From the NCBI GenBank assembly GCA_000708835.1, contig DF237353.1, positions 1 through 64,000 of the forward strand: a DNA stretch of 64,000 nucleotides. Direction: 5' to 3'. Source of the DNA: Klebsormidium nitens (lineage: Eukaryota; Plantae; Klebsormidiophyceae). The translations under genes and the position numbers were made by a program. The notes under the pieces were generated by a model, which saw only the letters and a program-made list of their open reading frames with translations, was not told the origin of the DNA and made no database searches. Below, one piece after another: positions 38,716 through 51,825 of the stretch (positions are counted from its first letter, which is position 1; every line of letters begins with the position of its first letter).

Positions 38716-41337
38716 TATCGATCGGCAACCGTCCGTTAAGATGCTGCTTTCATCGACGGTCGAGATGCGGCGGCACTAGTCAGAGTCCGTAAGTCGTGTC
38801 GGAGTGTGAGGAGTGACTGGAGGGCGCACCGGATACGAACGGTAGCCAGTGAAGCTTTCGCTCAGGCTGAAGGGTTTAAGGACTGCTGGCTTTCATCCGT
38901 CAGATTGTCAACACATCATTGGGGCTTGGCGTCTTACCAGTTAGTACGGTGGGTTGAGTCAGGTTGAGAAGAAGTTAAAGGCGCGCACGCACCTTAGCAC
39001 CTGGATATTTCGATGTCATGATCATCAGCACGTCTTTTGCCGACAGTGGCAAGGAGGAAACCGTACCCTGTCTCAATCAGAACGGCCGTTTGAAAATTAA
39101 GAGAACCAGAAAAGGCGAGCTAGCAGTCGACTGCTCGTACTGAATGAGGCGTGACCCACTTCTTATCGAATTCACAGAGTCTAGGGACAAACGCCTCTAG
39201 CTGTGCAAACTACGTCGCTTTTTCTGTGCACCTGCCAGTGTTTCATGGAGCAGTTGATCATTTCCGATCTCAATCAGGCTTCACGATCAGATCATTTCAA
39301 ACTTCAATCTGGACGAAAAGTACGACTTGGCACTTCAACGATATTTCGAAGTAGACTCATCAAAGCTGACCTTTTTGCTTGGCGAGTCGCTGAGCCGTTT
39401 GACTCTGACTCTTGCCATCTTGATCACTTTCGTCTAGAGCCCCATCTCATGACCTTATCTCACCCAGTCCCAGAGGAACGCACGTGGGTCTTAAAACGGT
39501 GCCAGCATGACCGAGCAAGTCTCTTTGATTGCCAATCTTGTCGGTTGTCTGTCATATGCAACGAAGATTGTTTAGCACTGCCTTTCTCGCTTCAGTTATT
39601 GGCGGTGTAGAAACATCGTCGGAAGCGTCGACCGAAGCGTAATCGAAGAGCTTTTTAGTATTATAATGCAATTTATGTGGCACCACTTTTGACGTGTGTG
39701 CTTCGAGGGCTTTAGCAAATGACTTGTTACACACTTGTCAAAATGGTGAGCTGCAGGCTATGACAAACCCTCTGCCGTGGTTATAAAGTGACTCGACCGC
39801 TCGATATCATCGGATCAAGCGCTCTTGAAGCGGATATCAGGGTACGTTTGTCATGGGCTTGAATTTATACTATTCCACGAGGTCTGCATGAGTCTCGGGT
39901 CAAGTTTCCGGCAGCTTCAAAGCGCGTACGTCTTTATGAACACTGGCTGACCGGTTTTGCGCCGCAAAGAGATTCTAATGTGTACTGCAGTAGCTGAGTC
40001 CTGATGTGATGAACGTTGCTTGTCTCTAGTACGGCAAGTATCTCTTCTGGCGCGGCACATCGAACCGTCCTCTGTGCTGAGTCAGGTAAAGCAGAAGTTC
40101 CAGAGACTCAGAATGACTCGGCCCCGTTGAACCATGCGCTCTTTACCACGGCGCTGTGCGGATTGAAAAATCTGATCCGTGGGCATCTGTGAAACTGTCC
40201 ACCGTAGCGAACTTCGTCGCTGAACTTTCGCATGGCCTGTAATCATTTCGGATGCCCTTGATCCAGAAATTGCTCGGATGGATGTCTAGCTGAATGTGGA
40301 CATAAGATCCCGGCCCAGACCTCGACTAGCTCCCCTACATGCCTCCGCTTGCTACTCTGAGTCCCTGCACTTGGACCAGCAGTACTGCCGCATCGGTCAC
40401 CTACACGAGGGTGAATGAGCTACCAGTTTTTTGCATGCCAGTTTAGCATCGTTGAGTGGGTGGCGAAGTTCGTCAAAAGTCAGAACGATGTTGGGCCAAT
40501 CTGTGCAAGGATTGCTTCCGAACTGATTCTCATGCCACGAGGAAACCAGTGGTATCTACGACCAACACCTTCTAAGGCACTCCTCTAATATGATAATATG
40601 TATGAGGCGCCCCGCTTCCATCTTCAGTTCTTCAATTTCCGGCAGCAATACTACTACCTACTGTAGGCACAGTACCAGGGGACTGACCCAGAGCACACGA
40701 AGCCAGTCAATCGGAGCCGGAAAGCCCAACCTCTGAGCCTTGGAGAGACCTCCGAAGACAGAGAAGACGGTCGTTTCCCAACAGTATCCTTGGACAAAGC
40801 AGTTGTTGGTCCAAGGACTACCACGTGGCTTTCCCCCAAGTCGTTACAACATTGAACACACGCTTACTTCCCAAGGTTGACGAAAATCTTTGTGTGCGGA
40901 CTCAATCGCGGCCGTTGCCTCCGACCAGCAGTTGAACCACGATCGTCGATGCTAACAACCTGAGGGCCGACAAGATCTGCTGACGCCATGAGGGTCCAAA
41001 ATTGAGCTCTTGCAATCATGCATATGCCATGTGGCAGCTTTTCGGCGTCTCAAAAAGCTCTCTGCTCACGAATCTGGTAGGACTAGTAGTAGAAGTTGGA
41101 CTGGGCGCTGTGACTCGCGTTGCGTTGTAGTTTGATATTGTAGCTGCTGCACCAGTGCTGGTGCCAGCTCCTCTCTGCTCTTCACTCGCTCATCACTCCA
41201 GTCTCTCTCACTCTCCACTTTTGTGATAGAAGGCAAGGCCGCAGCATCGCAGGCATTCTCGTGTAACCAAGGCCTTTTCATTGTCAGCTAGCTGTGGATC
41301 GCAACCGCAAGCTTCCGTGAGAAGAAACAGACACAAG

Positions 41338-43642
41338 ATGGCGCTTCTGGAGCAGAAAGAAGCTCTGGTGCAGAGGCTGCTGGCTGCCAAGGCCAAGTCT
41401 GGTGAGTCTATTCGTTGCATGCAGTGCCTTCATTGGAGCGCTTCTCTCTGCGTAGTGCAGCTGATCCAGGGTAGCTTGTCAACTGTTGACGTTCAATGCA
41501 ATCCACATTGTGTTCGCAACATATGCAACTCAAGCAGGAGCTCTAACTCAAAGCCAAGCGCTGAATGGCACAATGCTGCAAGTAACGCTGACAATATCCT
41601 GCAATGCACACACAGTGGTTGTCTGAATGAGTCCCAGGAATCTGCACTCTTCTGCTCTTGATGATCTCTTACCTGCTTTCAGGGAAGACGTATGATCAGA
41701 TTGCGAAGGAGGTTGGGCTGACAAATGCATACACTGCGCAGCTCTTCTTCAACCAGGTAGGCCAGGCACTGTCTCACATGCACGAACCAGCTCGTTTCTG
41801 AGCTCTGAATCGGAACCCTCTGTTGTTGTGCTTCCTTTAACCTCATGCGCTTTGCTGTGAAGTGCTGGTGAGTTACAGTATGAATGCAGCATCGTTGCGT
41901 TCTCTCTTAGCTCAGGATCTCGTGCATTGCAACACTTCCTTGCCGCTGGTTGTAGGGTAGGTCTAAATGATTGCTGATGAATGCAGTGTGGTGGCTTTCC
42001 GGGCTTTTGTATTCAGGACCAGATTGTTGAGACGAAGTCGGAGTGATTTCTCGTGATTGTTTGGCGCTCGAACCTCAGAGTCATATACCGCAAGAATGTG
42101 GTCAACTGGGATCTGCACTTCTTTGAAATGGTCTTTTTGGAGGATGCCCCCATGTGATTTGACCACAATATCTTGATTCAAAGGACAACCGATTCTGACC
42201 TGCCCAGTATAGACAAGTGCTTCTTCTAGTGTGGTGATGAACGTGTTGCTCTTTCCTCAGGCTCAACTGAAATCCGACACCGCACCCAAGCTCAAAGCAG
42301 CAGTACCAGACCTCAGCGATGCTGATGCCGAGGAGATGAAGAAGGAACCCATGAGGTCCTTCGACCCGACCATCATCCAAGAGCCACGTGAGTAACTCGC
42401 TGTTTGGTGGATTTGATAACACGCCCCCACCAATACGATGATGCAAGACATTTCAAAGATGCTCAGCAGAATACAGCAAAAGCAAGTAGAGGTATATGAG
42501 CTGAGCGATTATGAAGCTGACTTGGGCTCCCTCCGCCCGCCACTGCTCAGCCTATCCGAGGCGCACTAGCAGTGCCTGCTTTGGCTAGAGACAGAACATA
42601 TCTTGACACTTAATGATTATTTCGCATTGCCAAATATAGACGGACTTTTAGTCAAGGAGTTAATTGGGCACAGCTTCCTGTCCCTTCATTGGTGGCGGGT
42701 TGGTTCACTTGCTTGTAGTGATCTGCTTGTCTGCACCTTTCAAAGAGCGTCTGAAGAGAAAACTCTGATTGACTCCCTTGACCAGACAGCCAGAGGTTTG
42801 TTGCATTTTCCCTTGATTGGGCTCCGACTCTGGTCACCTTACTCTTTAATGCGACCCTCAGATGCAGTGAGTTCGATTATCCTGTGGCTGCTGATTTTAA
42901 GGAACCTGTTATGGCCTGCCGTTTGGCCTGCCTTTCGAGGATTGCGTACTTGCCGGGCCCTTGAAAATGCATCCTTCTAGCTATTGCGTCTGGAAGCCTT
43001 TTCACACGTGGGCTTCTTGTGTGCAGTCATCTACCGTCTGAACGAGGCCGTGATGCACTATGGGAGGGCCATTAAGGACATCGTGAACGAGCAACAGGGC
43101 GACGGCATGTAAGAGCTTGCACAGCTACCCAGCCTTGATGCCTTGATTGCCGATGAATTTGTTTTCTTGTCCACTGTAGTGCATTTCAGACAGTTTGAAG
43201 TAAGCCTTCAATTGAGCTCTGCAAGCCCAAGTCGAGGGAGGAGCCAGCACAAGACCGTGTTGCTTGACGCTGGTGTGAACAGCTTCTTTGGAGATCAATC
43301 GTTTGAGCTGGCAAAACCTGACGGCAACCATGTCAGCACATACGCCTCTGCACACCTGGCTGCGCCAAAGTTAGTCTGGGCTCTGTAGAAACACCCACTG
43401 AGGACGCAAAATCGTTGAATCAAACAGCTCGTTCTACAGAATTGCGAGAACGTGAACGAGGTACTGATGGGGGTGACTGACTGGCTGTACCTTGCAGTAT
43501 GTCTGCCATCGGCTTCTTCATGACGGTCGAGAAAGTCAAGGGCAAGGAGGGGGAGCCACGTGTCAAGATCGTATTCAACGGCAAGTTCCTGCCCCACGTC
43601 GAACAAAAGGTCGAAGACAACGTCATGGAGCCGGTGCAGTAG
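41338..43642 (+). CDS. CYN: Cyanate hydratase (cyanase), 5 exons
   Basis: Exons 41338-41401, 41683-41756, 42261-42387, 43027-43108, 43498-43642, in phase. Motifs: [33 protein letters not shown] (catalytic R and E), GDGIMSAI (catalytic S), GKFLPH. Confidence 0.96.
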
Positions 43643-44947
43643 CTCGTAGCAGGCCATAGATCAAATAATGGGCCGGAGGCACATGTCAGCGGATGGCATC
43701 TGAACGTCGCACGCAGTCAAGTCGTAGTCTATAAATTTTGCAGGTTTGTCAACAGATTTTGCGCTAGGTTCAATCTCAAAGTGGTAAAGTGGCAGCTTAG
43801 CTGGTGGTTCTATGCGATGGCACCGGGATCGACCTGACAGAGAGTTTTCCATGCAACAATATAAAAGGAAAATCAGGAGGATAGGAGCCACAGAATACTT
43901 GCACGGCATGCAGATTACCATCGCCAGGCTCATTGATCAAGACCAAATGTACAAGGTTGGCGAAGCTGGCGAAGCTTTAAAAGGAATCACAGCTGTTTTT
44001 TCGCAGAGCACTCTCTATTTGGCAACTATATCAGAATCCTCATGACTCATCGAATCCGACACGGTATCTGCTGACGTCCGGAGGTAGCTTCTACGGCCTC
44101 CGAGTTGGAAGCAGGCCCGGTCGCGACTTTTCCAACAGCGCCATATATGTGTGACTGGACGAATGACATGTGACATCTTTACTAGCTCCACTTTTTAGAA
44201 AAGCTAGTGAACATACGTTGCTCTTGTCCGTTCATATGTGCGTGTGCACATGAGTGTTCATCGAATACATTCGTTTCCAGCCAACTATTCGCGATAAACA
44301 AACTGAGTATTTGTATACCCGTTTAGAAAGCTAAGTAAACGTAAGTGAACAGCGCAAAATTGTAAGGTCTAGAAAATGCATGAAAATGCATGCATGCGTT
44401 TTCACATCCGCATTTTTGAGCCGCATGCGCAAACATTGGCAGCAATATCACATCTGATCCATTCTACCGATGCAGCCAGTACCAAAGAAACATGCAACGT
44501 TGGCAAGCCAATTCAAAGCTTATCTTCAAAGAGTTTCGAAGTAATTGAGGACACAAGCAAGGTTACTCACGCATCGTGAAAATCGAAACGTTTTTTCACT
44601 TTTGGAAATCGACTTTTCAAGCAATGATGCTTTGACATGCAAGAGTCCTAGAGTCTATTTGTTGCAAAATCGTGCCGGTAATAAGTGTTCAGCCGACACC
44701 AGGTTCAAGAAGCCGGCCACTTCACAATCTATGCAGGACGCACTTATCCAGGCGAAGGCAAACTGTACAAGTTTGGGCAGATAACATCTGATCTACGGGA
44801 AATTTCAGCCAAGCCAATTATTAAGTTGTGGAACGACAAAATTGCATCTAGATTTGCCTCTAGACTTGCCTCGCTTGCGCTAGCTTATGCACGGCCAAAA
44901 CTTTGTTTGGTCTTTACTCTGCACGTATCAAACTTCACCGACTCAAT

Positions 44948-47900
44948 TTAAGACTCGGGGGACAAATCCTTGTGGGTCCCGGCCGTCTGCCGGCTGTACA
45001 ACTGCTCCAGGGTCTTCCTCCCGACATCCATCGAGCTCTTGAGGTCCAGCCCCAAAGCCGCGGCCAGCTTGTTGCCCAGGTCTTCGTCCACCCGGGCAAA
45101 GTTGTACAGGTTGATCTGCTGAATCAGCTCGGGGACCGGCTCCGAGTTTACCCCGGCTTCGGTACCCTCCTTCATGGAGCGCGCCATGTTCGCAATCACA
45201 CGCTCCTGCTCGTCCGGCTCGAACATCTCCCACATGGCCTTCGCCTGCGCACACACGTAGCTTCCAATTTGAGACTGCGTTTCATAAAATGCATTTTTTG
45301 TGGAAGGGGGTGCTCCAGAACTCTTGTCAAAATCTTTAAAACGCTCGCAGGTTTCAAAGCAGAAACGGTGAGGGTATCACTGAATGTGGAACTAAACATT
45401 ACGGACCAAATGCGGAAAGGCCAAATTCAGAACCTTGGACCAGAATAGCAACTCCCCAGTGCACGAGCAACTTGTGACCATCATCAATAAAAGCCGGGGG
45501 TAGACGCCCGTACAACTCAGCAGGAATGGAAAAATCATCTACTTTTAATGACGTACAATGGATTGTTTCTGTCAACTCACATGCATGAAGTCGTCCTTGC
45601 CGTAGTGGTTCTCGTAGCGCATGCCCGGGCCGGTCACGTTGATTGGGATCGCCGGGTCGGCGTACTTGGGGTCCGGCTGCGGTCCGCCGAAGCTGTTGGG
45701 CTCGTAGTGAGGACCCATCTGAGGAAGCCGCGAAAACGAGCAATGAGTGCAAGATCGAGCCAGAAGATTGACCGAGGGGAGGTCGACGAGATCAATGATC
45801 CACCGTCTGTCAGAAGATTGTTCGAGGGGAAGATCGACGAGACAAATTATCCAAATTTACCAACCAGAAGGAAGTCCTCTACTCTTGACCGGGCAACAAA
45901 AGAAGCACGTTCAGAGAACGTAGTATCACTACTGTAACTCTCTGTATAACCCAGACACCCCCATATCCTATAAGAAAAAGTCCCAAAGATTCACGAAGCA
46001 GTCTTTTGAGTATTCCTGATCCACAAAGTGTACGCCTTACCCCGCCGTTGCCGTCCATTCTGAAGGCTCCGTCGCGGTGGTAGGTGTGGATGGGGCACCT
46101 CGGCTGGTTCACGGGCTGCAACACAACGCGAGTTGAGCATTTCAAAGTTCGTACGTCGTGACCAAACACGAAACGTACAGACGTGCAGGAAAGAAGCAAT
46201 CCAGAAAGAGGCAACATATCTTGCGGAATACCTCTCAAGATAACTCTTGACAGAGGATAAAAAGACTGTGGATCAAAAGAAAAGAATGTGGATTGGCAAG
46301 CCCCTGCAACCATAGGTGGGGCTACAATACTGCAGTGTAGCGGGGCGAACTGCCGCGCAATTCTCACCAGCTGGAAACCGTTGATGCCTAGACGGTGGTT
46401 GTGTGCATCGCGGTAGGCGAAGAGCCGTCCCTGCAGATTAGACCAGTTCTGTTAAGAGGTACAACAGATTAAGGTCCAACTTGCGGACATCACCAAGCAA
46501 GCAGCTGAAAGAATTTCATATGAGAGACGGCGATAACAGCCAGCGTGCAGAGAAAGACATCCCTGAACATTCGGAGGCCTTTGAATCGATCTAAGATTGG
46601 TCAAAACAACTCAGCGCGAGAGCGGTAATAGTGAAAGCGAAGCTACCCACCTGCAGGAGTCGGTCGGGGGAGAAGCCCAGCCCCGGAACAATGTTGGCGG
46701 GGGCGAAAGCTGCCTGCTCGACGTCCTGGAAGTAACTCTCCGGGACACGGTTGAACTCGAGCTCACCCACCTAAGCACAGAAACACCTTCGTTATTCTGT
46801 AACAATCAAGAGATCGACGCCCTAACAGGATTGGTGTATCGGAAAGCACCCGCTTATCAATCCTAAGAACCGATTTCAGACCTGAACTGATACGTTTACT
46901 TCGCTAAAACATGTTTACTTCGCATAACATGTCGACTTCAGTTATCTGTCGCCCCGAATCGTGACTAAACACCCTAGAGATCCCAATCCTCACGCAATCT
47001 GTTCCTGCCAATCCCACACCAAGCAATCCGGCAAAAATCGTTCTCAAGACTCCGGAACTCGCAGAGCTCATTGCAACCGGATCCTTTCCAGCGGAAGATT
47101 CTTTAGCAGCATTAAACTTGAGCAGATCTTAAAGCTGCCTTTCGTACCTCGATGAGCGGGAAGTCGTGGCGGCTCCAGACTTTGGTGACGTCGAAGGGGT
47201 CGTGCGACAGCTGCTCCGCCTGTTGCTCCGTCATCACCTGGATGTGCATCTTCCACTTGGGGTACTCGCCCGACCGAATGGCCTGCGAGAAACCAGCAGA
47301 TTTTACTTCCAGGAACCGATGAGAACCGATTAGCACTTCTAACAAAGGAATTCTTGAGGCATTCCCGCCTGCTAGAGAACTGCCAGAGCGCAATGAACCA
47401 ACCCGCAATCGTTTCAAATATGTCAAAAGTGCCCGGACGGGGTGTGGGGAAACGGGGGGGCAAGTTGTGCATGAGTTGGAAAAATAGAGATGCTTCTTTA
47501 GCTGCCAAATGAACGCGATCTGCGGCGCAAAAAGGATATGGCAGACACATCTGATGCTACACCAATCGCATTCCAAATCAATAGAACTCCCAAGCTTGGG
47601 GAACAAAAGCGTATTATCTCAACACTTTCTATCGGTACACCACCAGTCTATAAGTAGATATGGGAACGAGAGCGTACTATCTCAGAACTTTCTATCGATA
47701 CACCACCAGTCTATAAGTAGATATGCAAGACATTAGGAAGATAAGGAAGACACAGGCAATATAAAAATAGGTGCCAACCGAACGTTGCTTACATTGATCA
47801 TGTCTTTGTTGAAGAAGTCGGGATCCTTGCCCGACAAGTCGATGCCCTCCTCGGAGGTCAGATTCTTAATCTCCTGCTGACTGTGGAAGTGGTACTTGAC

Positions 47901-50686
47901 CTGCAATATGGAACGCAATGGATGCGGTGGTGTGGAAGACCTACTATAAAAAAGGACCTACATGCTCGAGAACAACCTTTGAATGACTTATCAAGCATTT
48001 GGGATTTGGATACGATCATAAAGATGGAAACGAAAACCTTGCTCATCATCTCGACATTACACACATGGGTTGCCGACAACCCCCACGGATACGCAATGCC
48101 TGATGGTCCAGATAAACGAGAACGCTGCTCGCTCAAATTAAGCTTACCCAGACACGCTCCTTGTCCTTGTTGATCATGGAGAAAGCGTGTACTCCGTAAC
48201 CGTTCATGTACCGATAGCTCTTAGGAATACCGCGGTCCCCGAACAGCCACAGCACCTGGCAGGACAAAGATCTCACGGCATCGGAACCCGTTGCGTATGC
48301 CCAACAGAGCATGACCATCACACTTGTTGGCCTCTGGCTCATGGGCTCGGCTTCCTTGTTTGTAGGGAAAGGCCAAGCTTCGAGGAGAGGCATTCACAGA
48401 CGAAGCAGTTTCAAGGAGAAAGCCGAATCAAGATGTAACGAAAGGGCACACCGTCGCGGTATTGCATTCAGAAGTGCCAGTATCGCGGTGAAGCAAATTT
48501 GTGGAAAAAGGAAACGGGGAAAAAGGAAAAGACAACGACACAGAGTCCATACACAGAACCTCCCCCCGTGTTTGAAGTGAGGTCAAATGGTGAATTGGCC
48601 GCGTACCTGGTGGACTGACTCCGGGGTCAGCCCCCAGAAGTCCCAGCGGTGCACCCACGACTTGAGGCCGCGAGGGTCGCGCATCAGCGAGTGGACCAGG
48701 TCGGGGAACTTCACGGGGTCCCTGAAACATGACGGCAATCATCATTAGGTCCGATTGGATCAGAAACTTGCGGACTTGATGGAGTCTGGACAACGGACCA
48801 GAGAATATCAAACTCGTCAATAGAATTCTGTTCTGAAGGTGCTGGGATCGTCCGCTCGTCAATATTCTGGGCAAGCAAGCATTTTGAACGTACTTGCATC
48901 GCGATTAACGCGAAGTTTCACATGCGTGATATGTCCTCACCGGAAGAAGAAAATAGGGGAGTTGTTGCCAACGAGATCCCAGTTGCCTGCAGACAAGGGC
49001 AGATAACAGTGAGTGAACAAATGCACGAAGGGTAAAACCAACACATGAAATGCTGCGCTGACGTGACTCTATCCAACTAGAATGATAACATGAGTGACAT
49101 TAAGAACTTCTGAGAATACTACAAAGAATCCAATGTGAACCAGCATAGAGTAATCTCGCTTTAATACTTAGCTTCTAGACTTTCGGCACTCGCAGGGCGT
49201 TAAGCTGGACATCGCCTTGGCCTTAATCTTCTATAACTTTCAAAACCTTCCTAGTAAGGTTTCCTCTTGCTCACCGTCCTCGGTGTAGAACTTGAGGGCG
49301 AATCCCCTGATGTCACGGACCGAGTCCGAGTTACCGTGCTCAGCAGTGACTCCACTCCACCGACAGAAGATCTCAGTCGACTTGCCAGACTCAAAGACCT
49401 GCCAGGAAAAAAAGAGAGCAAAACGAACTTGGTGAGGGTGGGAATCGAGCGGCTTGATAAGAAGCTGACCGTCAGCTTTGAGAAGAACTTTCCCTGAAAA
49501 CGCCCCGTTTTCGATCCTCGGAACGAACTACCAACGTGTGTGCTTACCAGAGTACTCAATACGACGTCACTTTAACCATCAATTGAGCTTCGCCAATACA
49601 TAAGCCTGTGGCATTTACAAACTTCAAACCCCTGTGCGTTGCGTCTTTAACACCGACGAACCAGCATTTGAACATCGCTTCTCGAGATCAAGATTGCGGC
49701 GAAGAAGAGAGAAACGAAACGAAGCTTACCTTGGCTTCGGTGTACTTGGCCATGTCTGAGTTGGTCACGGTGAACTTTCCGAACGCTCCAACGCCCTTAG
49801 CGTGGACGACCCGCGGTACAACACGCTCCCTGTTCAGGGCAGCCTGCGCAGACGCACGAGTGACGACCATAAGATACGCTTTCAGCCCCACAAATCCTTC
49901 TAATGAGCAAACCTGTTCAGTCACCGACGAAATGATCGAATGTGAAATAGCAGCACAAAATTCTCGGACGCAAAAGAGGACACTCCTGCAACTGAACAAT
50001 GGCGACACACCAATGAAGACACAAACAATATCCCGTGTGTAGGGACAAAATGGACCTGTCAACAATCACTACGGAAGATTGTCAGAACCAATCGAAGGAC
50101 ATTATTTAAATGAAGATATACACTGACGACACAGTAAGATCTGGACAAGCTGAATAATCAAAAAAGGAAGTATACTCGACGAAGAATTTAGACTCTTGAG
50201 TTAAGCAGCTGCCAAAAACCGAGCCACCGACCAAGTTCGACTGACTTCGATTAGCAGGCGCAAAAAACTGAGGAAGTTGATGAAGAGCTGGTACAGTATT
50301 CATTCACAGATGCAGGCTTTACTCCCACCAATTTCTGAGCCGCAACTTCTGAGCGGTTCGAAATGTCGACCTGAAGAAGCTCGCAAGGAACTCACGTTCT
50401 TCTCGTACAGGTTGATGTCCTCTGTCAGCAGCAGGGGCCCCTGCTTCCCCGCCGAGATGCTGTTGTAGTTGTCCCCAAGGGGACGGCCGTCCAGGGTGGT
50501 CATAATGTCAGGATTGATCTTCTTGGCAGTGGTCTCCGCCAGCTCGGCCCCCTTCTCCAGGCCCTTCTCCATCTTTGTCCCCAGGCTAGTTCCTGGGCGG
50601 CTGGCCGCTTCGTGAACATCTGGGTCTTGCACGGCCAGCTTGACCGACTCGATGCCCTGTCCCACGGCGTTCTTCACCCTGTCCAT
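44948..50686 (-). CDS. Monofunctional heme catalase of clade-3 (bacterial KatA-like) type, 13 exons
   Basis: Exons 50686-50396, 49843-49730, 49398-49275, 48986-48941, 48721-48607, 48255-48148, 47900-47793, 47282-47148, 46770-46651, 46430-46368, 46115-46041, 45718-45581, 45244-44948. Distal His in RVVHAKG, Asn in WDLVGNN, proximal Tyr in [10 protein letters not shown]. Confidence 0.96.
47599..47724. repeat. Two-copy 63-bp tandem duplication in a catalase intron
   Basis: gggaacaaaagcgtattatctcaacactttctatcggtacaccaccagtctataagtagatat at 47599 and a near-identical copy at 47662. Confidence 0.9.
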
Positions 50687-51176
50687 GGTGCCCTCCGCTC
50701 TAGTTGCGTGGTATCCTGCGAGAAAAGGATTCCGAAAGTGTTATCAGGAAGTGGAAATGGAAGAATTGCAGTCGATAGTAGACATCCGGACGCAAGTTCA
50801 TAATTTGTGAACGAATCCTGCAATTCTGCAATGAAAGGAAGGTGCCATGGTGTGCTTGTTTGATTGTTGTCGATTAATTTGTAGGTAATTTGCGTTAGTT
50901 TAAGAAGGAAAGACCAGATGGTGCCAGACGGATCTCACTATCCCAGAAACACTTGCACCTAGGTACAAGATGGAGCTGTTCAGAATGCTTGCTCATTGTT
51001 TTCGCCCTCTTCTGCAAAGCTAATTGCTTGCGACTGTCGTGTGTGGCAACAAAACGGGTTGGTCTTCTGGGGACTCACACGAATTTTTGAGGGCTCGAAA
51101 TGGACTTCTGACTGCCAAAGCTGTCAGGTCGAAGTGGGAAACTAACTTTAACACTGAACTCAAGTTTCGAAATGAG

Positions 51177-51273
51177 TTTCTCAAAATGCTGTTTCTGACG
51201 CGGGTGAATCTTCTCAGAATGCTGTTTCTGACACCACACAATTTTTCAGGATGCTGTTTCTGACACCACCACC
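51177..51273. repeat. Three-copy ~33-bp tandem repeat upstream of catalase
   Basis: Core atgctgtttctgac starts at 51186, 51219 and 51251. Confidence 0.85.
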
Positions 51274-51773
51274 AAAGATCTGCTTGCCCCACAAGGACGT
51301 GTTCCCAGACTTTACATCAGGTACCCTTGTTGAGGAGGTGAGCTGGTGAGAAAGGCCTTTGCTCACACCCTCATCTGCCCCTTCAACTGCCTTCTGTCAC
51401 ATGGTGTGTTCATCCCAGAACAAAAACTCAGAATAGGCAACCTCAGCTGAGACATGCGGCATCCCTCCAATATGAAAGGTTCAACAACAGCAGCACCAGC
51501 AAACATAGACGAAAATCCTTGCACAGGCAAGGAAGCACATAATGTGGGCGGATCCGATCAATCTGTGCATGACCCCCTCGCACTCACTCTTTCCTGATGT
51601 AGAGAAGATGGCAGGGAATCCGAATTGCCGCAGCGGCGCACTTCCTGCGTAACTTGAGCTGCTCCTCAAAGCGCTGATGCAAGGTGAGAGGCTTAAACGA
51701 ACAGAGGACGCAGACATTGTGCACTTGTCGTTCTCTCTCACGTAAATCCGTCCAAGCGGCGGATTTCTTGGCT

Positions 51774-51825
51774 ACGGTACTTCGTTGACAACGGTACTTC
51801 GTTGACAGAATCTCAGCTCTGTCAA
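51774..51825. repeat. Perfect 17-bp tandem repeat overlapping an 8-bp inverted repeat
   Basis: acggtacttcgttgaca at 51774-51790 and 51791-51807. TTGACAGA (51802-51809), an 8-nt spacer, then TCTGTCAA (51818-51825). Confidence 0.85.

Noticed and set aside
39999-40087. Possible intergenic C/D snoRNA (GTGATGA 40006-40012, CTGA 40077-40080, flanking cctga/tcagg)
   Set aside because: The stem is out of register for a canonical k-turn, and I could not match the region before box D to any rRNA or snRNA antisense target I recall. Worth only a snoScan run.
38720-41280. 2.6-kb spacer with short ORFs (e.g. 39203..39610, 39552..39734)
   Set aside because: Manual translation of several frames gave no recognisable domain or consistent splice chain. 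Left unexplained; a tBLASTx or repeat search is needed.
43498-43520. Cyanase MSAIGF instead of the usual MSAIDF/ISAINF
   Set aside because: The catalytic Arg, Glu and Ser are intact; a single substitution is not enough to claim altered function.
51177-51273. Direct repeats as a CRISPR-like array
   Set aside because: Eukaryotic context, no unique spacers of consistent length and no cas genes; it is a simple degenerate tandem repeat.
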